Part shown: one piece after another, positions 19,115 to 25,468 of the stretch
How positions within the stretch are numbered: the stretch's first letter is position 1
How the letters are laid out: every line of letters begins with the position of its first letter
From: Candidatus Heimdallarchaeota archaeon B3_Heim
GTDB lineage: Archaea > Asgardarchaeota > Heimdallarchaeia > Hodarchaeales > Hodarchaeaceae
Length of the DNA stretch: 32,000 bases
Direction: 5' to 3'
Assembly (NCBI GenBank): GCA_003144275.1
Contig: NJBF01000032.1
Coordinates: forward strand, 21,142-53,141
Program-made: the position numbers and the translations under genes
The notes under the pieces: model-generated
Database searches by the model: none
What the model was told of the DNA's origin: nothing
Seen by the model: the letters and a program-made list of their open reading frames with translations, nothing else

Positions 19115-20110
19115 GTGGTTCTCCCAATGGACAATTTTTCCACGAGAAATTTCTCTAACTATGGAAAAGTTCTTTCACCCCACGTGATTTTAATACGCCC
19201 AGAAAGAAGACAGTACTTGACATCTAATTCACTCCTCTTTCTTGGTGATCAAACCTATCTCCTTGATTCAGGTTATCAATATCAGGGAGATCAACTCAAG
19301 AAAATTAGAGATGCAATTGACATTGATGGCATCTTATTCTCCCACTATCACATTGATCATGTTTTCGGTTGCCATATTCTTCCTGAAAGTAAAAAAATGA
19401 TTCATGAAGAAGAAGTGGATGCACTGCGATCATTCGATAATTTTATTCAATTTTGCTTTAAAGATCAAACTATTTCTTCCCAACAATGGAATATTTGGAA
19501 ACTAAGGTTTAAGAATTTGCTTAAAAGAGAGGGAATTAATGATTGGAGTGATCTGCGGTTAGATAATGTAATTACTTTTGGAAGTAATGAAAATATTGAC
19601 CTTGGTGCAACCCAACTTCAAATACTTCACCTCCCTGGGCATTCACCGGGCCATTGTGGAGTATATGAGACTGAAAATCAAATTTTATTTATCGGAGATA
19701 TTGACCTCTCTGGAAAGTTTGGCCCTTGGTATGGTTGGTGGAATTCAGAACTAGATACTTTCAAAAAGTCGGTGGAGTACGTTATCGATTTTGTTTCCCG
19801 AAATGAAATTTCCAGAATTGTATCAAGTCATACACATGATGTATCTAAAGAGGAGGGGATGCATTTACTAAACAATTTTCTCCACCCATTTGATGAGCGC
19901 GAACAACAAATTAAAACTTACATTACCCAAAAAAGGACAGGAGTAACTCTCAAACAAATTACTGATCAATCGATTATCTACCAGGGAAAACAAAGTGATC
20001 CTCCATATGTCAGGGAATATTTTGAGTTTGTTCATGTCAAAAAGCATATTGAGGCATTAATGAAAAAAAATGAAGTTATCTCAGAGGGAGACAAAATTTT
20101 TAGTACATAA
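19115..20110 (+). CDS. MBL-fold metallo-hydrolase with C-terminal winged helix
   Basis: HYHIDH, PGHSPGH, FIGD and SSH metal ligands; wHTH-like C-terminus. Alternative ATG at 19127. Confidence 0.85.
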   Translation: MVLPMDNFSTRNFSNYGKVLSPHVILIRPERRQYLTSNSLLFLGDQTYLLDSGYQYQGDQLKKIRDAIDIDGILFSHYHIDHVFGCHILPESKKMIHEEEVDALRSFDNFIQFCFKDQTISSQQWNIWKLRFKNLLKREGINDWSDLRLDNVITFGSNENIDLGATQLQILHLPGHSPGHCGVYETENQILFIGDIDLSGKFGPWYGWWNSELDTFKKSVEYVIDFVSRNEISRIVSSHTHDVSKEEGMHLLNNFLHPFDEREQQIKTYITQKRTGVTLKQITDQSIIYQGKQSDPPYVREYFEFVHVKKHIEALMKKNEVISEGDKIFST

Positions 20111-20220
20111 TATTTAAAAAATTGTTCGAAAGATCTCGATTCTTTTCAGGGGGAAGACTGAAATATTGAACTGAAAACGAAAGAAACGGTGTTAGAAAGA
20201 ATTCGGGGTAAGTTTAATTC

Positions 20221-21192
20221 ATGGATGTTTTCGATAAGAGTATTCTCTTCAGCTTAGCAAAATCTTGCCGTATTTCATTTTCTCAGCTAGCTTCAGATCT
20301 TAACTTACCAGCGAATGAAGTAGGAACGCGAATCCAGCGACTCGTGAATGATCATACAATCCTCAAATTCACGGTGGCACTTAATCCCTATCTTTTACGT
20401 TTACACAATGTAATTATTATTTTTCGATCACTCACGCCCTTAGAGCTCAATCGATTGACATTACTTGGAATACATTCAGCTATTGAACATATTTCCATAG
20501 GAACAGCTCACGAAGGGTTTGCTTATGCCAGATATAGTAATAAGGAAGAATTTTTAGAATTAGCAGAACACTTCCAGCAATTTCACAGATCGTTCGAGGA
20601 ATTACACTTATATCCCGTCGTTCCTCTAGTGAATTCAGGTATTTCTCCTCCTACTCAAGATATCGTCTCTCTGGAAAAAGAAGATTGGTTAATTTTAGCT
20701 CATCTAAGAGAACAAGGACGACTTTCCCTTCAAGAACTTTCAAAACGGATTGAAATTGATGTGGAAGTCATAAATGAACGGCTGGATTATCTCCGACATT
20801 TTAATCTCATCCACGAAACAATTCAAATAAACCCTGTAAAATCTCTAAAAGAAACATTAACAATGTTTCAATGCGAATTTACGATTTTGAATCATTTAAT
20901 TCAGCAGGAAATAATGCAAGAAATTGACACCTTAGCACATTTTTGGCCCATCAGTTCATTTCGTTCAGCTGATAAACCAGTCTTATTCTTAAGTTTTTAC
21001 TGTTCGTCTTATACCGAAGTAGAAAAAATACAAGCACATTTAACTGAATTACCAGGAGTAAAGAGTATAATTAAGATTATGGGTGGCACAACATATTATT
21101 TCACTGATATACGAGACGAACTCATAGAAGAAAAACGAAGTCACGGTTGGTTCTCACCAGAAAGGTGGGTAACCGATTCCACTGGAAATTAA
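20221..21192 (+). CDS. Lrp/AsnC-family regulator with two tandem HTH+RAM units
   Basis: Unit 1: DKSILFSLAKSCRISFSQLA. Unit 2: EDWLILAHLREQGRLSLQELSKRI. Each is followed by a RAM-like region. Confidence 0.8.
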   Translation: MDVFDKSILFSLAKSCRISFSQLASDLNLPANEVGTRIQRLVNDHTILKFTVALNPYLLRLHNVIIIFRSLTPLELNRLTLLGIHSAIEHISIGTAHEGFAYARYSNKEEFLELAEHFQQFHRSFEELHLYPVVPLVNSGISPPTQDIVSLEKEDWLILAHLREQGRLSLQELSKRIEIDVEVINERLDYLRHFNLIHETIQINPVKSLKETLTMFQCEFTILNHLIQQEIMQEIDTLAHFWPISSFRSADKPVLFLSFYCSSYTEVEKIQAHLTELPGVKSIIKIMGGTTYYFTDIRDELIEEKRSHGWFSPERWVTDSTGN

Positions 21193-21224
21193 TGCTCAAT
21201 ATTGTCCATTAAGCACAAAATCAA

Positions 21225-21300
21225 TAGGGGAGAGTTGGCCTTTGGGGGAGATATCCCTCAAAAGCCTGGAAGAGTGTTTCCACTCGAATAATCCCTCCTA
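21225..21300. other. GC-rich three-way-junction secondary structure between convergent genes
   Basis: Outer stem 21225-33/21292-300, 13-bp hairpin 21237-66, and 5-bp hairpin 21272-85 (GAAA tetraloop on the minus strand). Confidence 0.5.
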
Positions 21301-21320
21301 AGTTAATAAACACCCAAATA

Positions 21321-21956
21321 TTATAGATCAACTAGTGGGTCATTTTCCTTTGTAGAATGTATTGATACTACTTCTACTATTGTTTGTCTTACTAAGTCAG
21401 ATGTTTCATGGTCTAGATGAATATTGAGTTGATCAATCACCTCTGAATTAATGAAATCGAGCATTCCCAAACCTACTACTGCACCAGTACGAACTACAAA
21501 AGATGTATCTTTCTGAAGCGTTTCCAACAAGATTTTTTCAGCTCCTTGTACTTTTAAGCGTCCTAAGGCTCTTGCACACCGATCCCTAATCTGGATGCTC
21601 TTTTCATTCATGCACTCAATGAGTTTTTCGGAGAGTATTTCACTAAGTGGTGCTTCCGAGAAACTTAGGGCTGAGATTGTATTACTTCGAACCATATCCA
21701 CAGAGTCTGATAACAGAGGCTCCAAGAGGGGAACAATTATTTCTCCTTCAAGAAAGACTAAAGTCATCACTACTTCTGCACGTACTTCAGGTGCTGGGTC
21801 GGAAAGCGCTTTAACTAGTCTAGAGTGAAGATCCATCGGAATATCAGTTAACGGGATTTCCATTCTACCTATTTTTCTAACCGCTTCGGCTCGTATAAAT
21901 GAACTAGTTGCCTCTAGTTCGTCTAAAAGTTTCGCAAGTTCCTTTTTTTTTGACAT
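21321..21956 (-). CDS. HEAT/PBS-lyase repeat protein
   Basis: About six repeats: IRAEAVRKIG, VRAEVVMTL, VRSNTISAL, IRDRCARALG, VRTGAVVGLG, VRQTIVEV. Confidence 0.85.
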   Translation of the reverse strand: MSKKKELAKLLDELEATSSFIRAEAVRKIGRMEIPLTDIPMDLHSRLVKALSDPAPEVRAEVVMTLVFLEGEIIVPLLEPLLSDSVDMVRSNTISALSFSEAPLSEILSEKLIECMNEKSIQIRDRCARALGRLKVQGAEKILLETLQKDTSFVVRTGAVVGLGMLDFINSEVIDQLNIHLDHETSDLVRQTIVEVVSIHSTKENDPLVDL

Positions 21957-21990
21957 TCTCTTGAACCTTTGTGTTTATTCTAAATAGATC

Positions 21991-22006
21991 AAATAGAATT
22001 CTATTT
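21991..22006. promoter_or_regulatory. Perfect 16-bp palindrome upstream of the HEAT gene
   Basis: AAATAGAATTCTATTT, 35-50 nt upstream of ATG 21956. Confidence 0.35.
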
Positions 22007-22010
22007 TTAT

Positions 22011-22060
22011 TTACCTCCTAAAAATTCATCTTTTGTTGCAATTTTACTTGTAGGAGGTAA
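22011..22060. repeat. 10-bp perfect inverted repeat with 30-nt spacer
   Basis: TTACCTCCTA (22011-20) and TAGGAGGTAA (22051-60); begins immediately after the stop of the Cys-rich gene. Confidence 0.45.
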
Positions 22061-22387
22061 TTAGGAACTTTGACTAGAATTTGTACCTGGATTTGAAGAT
22101 AGTTTTAGTGAACAGTTAGGACAATTAGGGGGATGTCCCGTTAATTCACAGATGAATGATTGTTTGTCATTAGATGCACATTGTACCAAGTTCTGAAAAT
22201 AGGTACATTCAAAGTCGTAATTAGCTTGATACAGATGATCAAAGGAAAGAGGTGAGCCGACCTTGTAATATGGGCACTTGGGTGGACAGGATCGTAAAAA
22301 CTCTTTAAACACTACACATAAGAATAAACATTCTTTTGTGCCCTGATCTATCACTTGATGTTGGCAAGGACCCATAACACTTTTCAT
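22061..22387 (-). CDS. Small Cys-rich protein with two internal 4-Cys modules (putative metal or Fe-S binding)
   Basis: 10 Cys in 108 aa; the ATG is 5 nt after the luxC stop. Confidence 0.7.
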   Translation of the reverse strand: MKSVMGPCQHQVIDQGTKECLFLCVVFKEFLRSCPPKCPYYKVGSPLSFDHLYQANYDFECTYFQNLVQCASNDKQSFICELTGHPPNCPNCSLKLSSNPGTNSSQSS

Positions 22388-22392
22388 TCCCG

Positions 22393-23856
22393 TTAAAGAA
22401 CAGATTTTTCATCGGTAATCCATTTACACATTCGACGTAATGGTTCAATAGCATCTTGGGGGGTTGCCATACTAGCATTAGCTGCAAAACCTAGGGATAC
22501 TACTCTCTGCACCCCATAAAGTGGTAAAATATCACGAATTTGTAATTTGAGAGATTCAGGGAAAATACCAACAGTTTGGGTATAAGAATTGACTGATTGC
22601 AAGGCTGTGTCAATTGTGTCTACAGGAACAAGATTTACTACACGACTACACAATCGATGAGAAAAATCGACTGGTTCATCGAATTGAGAAACAATTACTG
22701 CACCTTCATTAGACTTCCCTCCATAGATGTGATAAAAGTCATCATCAAGACGGATTCCCTCTATATCATCTTTTAGAGTTTCATTAAAAATCTTAGGAGG
22801 TGTAGAAACATGTGAAGGAAGGTTAACAAGGGCAGAATAGAGTATTTTTCCGAAGGTATTCAGTCGTTCAATTCCATCCTCAGTTGTCCCTGACTGCACA
22901 TACATAATGCGTGAATTTAAACAGGCTTCTTGATTGAATGCTCCCACATCTATAGCAGCTCTTTGAGCAACCGTATAAAGAGTCTGGTCATCCTGAAAAG
23001 CATCACGACCGATTATTGAGGTCGAAATTTTAGGGTCAAAGGTAATTAGATCAATTCCTGGTTGAAGGTATCGGCTAATATATTTAATTGAATTAAAACC
23101 GCCCCAGGCAATAATTTTTTCAATATTCTCAGGACGATAGAATTTTTCTTCAAAGTGAGTATCCCCCCCTCGCCAATAAAGGACACTGCAATGCTTTGTT
23201 ATGGGGTGTTGGGGTTCCATTTCCATCATTGTCTGAATCAAAGCGGTAGCAGTTAGTGGATCATTGGAAGGTAGTTTGAAAATCGCGTCACAGCGTGTAC
23301 CACAACTTCTAATGAGGGAGGCTGCAGAAACCGTTGGTACATTACCTGCAATAATATGGACTGTTCGGGAGCCAAATGCTCGAATAGCAATAGTTCTACC
23401 ATCCTCCATCTTTGTAGGTACCCAGCTTTCAAGATATTCTATGCCTATCCTTTTATCAAGCATCTCACGAATATTGGATGGATGAAATAGCATAGGTAAT
23501 GTTTGATATGTAGTATGAAGTACTTCAGGTGTTAAACCTGAGGCTTGACATGCAAGCTCATAAGCTGCTTGTAGATACTCATTTTCTTTTAAAATTAAAC
23601 GTTGACCCAAATCATGGAGAAAAGTTATTATCTCTTCAATAGATAGATCATAAAGATCTTTCATTTTTGATGGATCAGAGAGGGAAATTTGGTTTGCATA
23701 TTTCTTTGCGCTCGGAGTAAGAAATTTAGCCCCGTTTCTTCCACCGAAAGTCTCCGAATAATCCTTTATCAGCTTTCCCCGAAGTAAGATGGGGATCTCA
23801 AATACCTCAGTATCCATCGTCTTGACAAGTGTTGATTGCATTAGATTGTCCTCCAA
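22393..23856 (-). CDS. luxC: LuxC-family acyl-CoA/acyl-protein reductase
   Basis: HIIAGNVP, FKLPSNDP, YWRGG, IIAWGG, FDPKISTSII, FNQEACLNSRI (catalytic Cys position), QTVGIFP, GVQRV. Start is TTG 23856 or ATG 23841. Confidence 0.85.
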   Translation of the reverse strand: MEDNLMQSTLVKTMDTEVFEIPILLRGKLIKDYSETFGGRNGAKFLTPSAKKYANQISLSDPSKMKDLYDLSIEEIITFLHDLGQRLILKENEYLQAAYELACQASGLTPEVLHTTYQTLPMLFHPSNIREMLDKRIGIEYLESWVPTKMEDGRTIAIRAFGSRTVHIIAGNVPTVSAASLIRSCGTRCDAIFKLPSNDPLTATALIQTMMEMEPQHPITKHCSVLYWRGGDTHFEEKFYRPENIEKIIAWGGFNSIKYISRYLQPGIDLITFDPKISTSIIGRDAFQDDQTLYTVAQRAAIDVGAFNQEACLNSRIMYVQSGTTEDGIERLNTFGKILYSALVNLPSHVSTPPKIFNETLKDDIEGIRLDDDFYHIYGGKSNEGAVIVSQFDEPVDFSHRLCSRVVNLVPVDTIDTALQSVNSYTQTVGIFPESLKLQIRDILPLYGVQRVVSLGFAANASMATPQDAIEPLRRMCKWITDEKSVL

Positions 23857-23870
23857 AGAAAAGGAAGAAG

Positions 23871-25298
23871 TTACTCTTCCTTTGTATCGAGAAGGTAATC
23901 GATAAACGAGTCATATGCCTCTTGGCTACCAGCACAGCTAATTTTATCGTCACCATTATTCTTTTCACTAATACGTTGTATTTTCTTTTCTAACCAGGGA
24001 CCAGTTCGACCACAGGAACATTGATCATCATCCCAGTGGATTGTAACCTCGTCGCCTGTCAGAAAACCACCCCAATAACTTTCTGTTAATAGGTCATAAA
24101 ATCCAAAGCGACCAGTTTGCACACCTGTTCGTGGCAACACTTGCCCACCAATATCAAAAACGAATGGAATAAAGTGGGGATAAATATGGTAATGATTTTG
24201 ATCACAAGAAGGCATATAACCAGTACTCTCTGTCATACCATACCCATCACGGATGTTCTTAACACCATAAAAGGTACAAATTCTTTCGTACCAATCTTCA
24301 GGAACAACTTGTCCTTTCAATCCACCTCCAGTTACTAAAGCGGAATTGGAGGCAAAAACATTACTCAACCCTTGTTTTTCTCCTTCTAATGCTGCATCAA
24401 TCATCGAGGTAAGTGTCCCCAACATAAATACCTGACGACCTCGATAATTCTTCACCATATTATCAAAGAAAGCAGCCATATATTTAGGACGATTCCGTTT
24501 TAACCTAATTAGTTCTCCTCTATTGTAGCTTAAAGCTTTAAGCATTTGAAGTTTGCCCAACTCTCCTTTTGCCTTTGCTGCTTGCAGTCTGCCGGCCAAG
24601 GACATGAAATCCGCAGATAAATATCCAGGAATTGCGGTATGATATTCCTCCTTAGAACCTGCTAGCATGGGACCGAAGCGACTTAAAATTCTCTGAGCTA
24701 GTTGTCTACCATCGGCAAAACTAGGAAAAAAAACTGGCATTTTTGTTTTGTGAGGATTAACCCCCGTAAGAACTTCAATGAATAAATAAAACGCATTTTT
24801 GAAGTTTTCCATCTCGCTTTCGCTACGGGGGAGAAAACTCAGCTTTCCTGTTGTTCCCGTTGAATGGACAATTTGCAGATCTGATTGTTTTTCAATTGCT
24901 TCCAACCAGGAATCAATCGAGTTACAGTTGTCTGTCTTCATTGCTGATAAATCGTGTGTTGTTAATTTATCTAACCAAACAGTAAGCTTATCAAATTTCT
25001 TTTTCTCAATGAAAGCTAAGGGATAACTCTTGTAGACAGTATGGAGGAACAGAATTGGAGCTAAATCATTCAAAGTTTTGATTTCAGTTATATTTTGTTC
25101 ATCTGCGAGCTTCTTCAGAGCTTTAATACGTGGATAAAACCAGTCAAAGCGTTTTTGAGCACCAGCTAATTGAATTTGCTGTACAAAATCTGTTTCAAGA
25201 CTGAACAATTCGTCATTGGTGGCGTGAACCAGCGATTGCGGATTTTGAAACATTTCTGATTGTCTTTCCCCCGACAGTTTACTTGTTGATAAAACCAT
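23871..25298 (-). CDS. luxE: LuxE-like acyl-protein synthetase (adenylate-forming)
   Basis: HSTGTTGKLSF, TGGGLKG, YGMTE, RFGFYDLL, FLTGD, CSCGRTG, C-terminal KISCAG; 14 nt upstream of luxC. Confidence 0.78.
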   Translation of the reverse strand: MVLSTSKLSGERQSEMFQNPQSLVHATNDELFSLETDFVQQIQLAGAQKRFDWFYPRIKALKKLADEQNITEIKTLNDLAPILFLHTVYKSYPLAFIEKKKFDKLTVWLDKLTTHDLSAMKTDNCNSIDSWLEAIEKQSDLQIVHSTGTTGKLSFLPRSESEMENFKNAFYLFIEVLTGVNPHKTKMPVFFPSFADGRQLAQRILSRFGPMLAGSKEEYHTAIPGYLSADFMSLAGRLQAAKAKGELGKLQMLKALSYNRGELIRLKRNRPKYMAAFFDNMVKNYRGRQVFMLGTLTSMIDAALEGEKQGLSNVFASNSALVTGGGLKGQVVPEDWYERICTFYGVKNIRDGYGMTESTGYMPSCDQNHYHIYPHFIPFVFDIGGQVLPRTGVQTGRFGFYDLLTESYWGGFLTGDEVTIHWDDDQCSCGRTGPWLEKKIQRISEKNNGDDKISCAGSQEAYDSFIDYLLDTKEE

Positions 25299-25468
25299 TT
25301 TCAGTAACCTCTGATACCAATACCGAGAATGCTTTAAATATTCAAAATCAGGCTAAGAATCGTTTATTCGCATCATTCCTTATAAACTCCTTTTAAGAGA
25401 AATACTAAATTAAGAATAAAATCATTTTATATTCATAAGGTGAAGACAATATTCATCCATGAGCAAGA

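Noticed and set aside
21225-21300. Type III hammerhead ribozyme (three stems, GUU before stem I, CUG...GAA core)
   Set aside because: The core reads CUGGAA rather than CUGANGA and GAAU rather than GAAA, and the A15.1-U16.1 pairing cannot form in register.
21225-21300. tRNA or SECIS element
   Set aside because: Only two arms, no T-loop GTTCRA, no AUGA/GA quartet, and no in-frame TGA-interrupted gene nearby.
22011-22020. TAGGAGGT as Shine-Dalgarno for the HEAT gene
   Set aside because: About 55 nt from ATG 21956, with no closer in-frame start codon.
22393-25298. Bioluminescence operon
   Set aside because: No luciferase (luxAB), luxD or luxG in the window.
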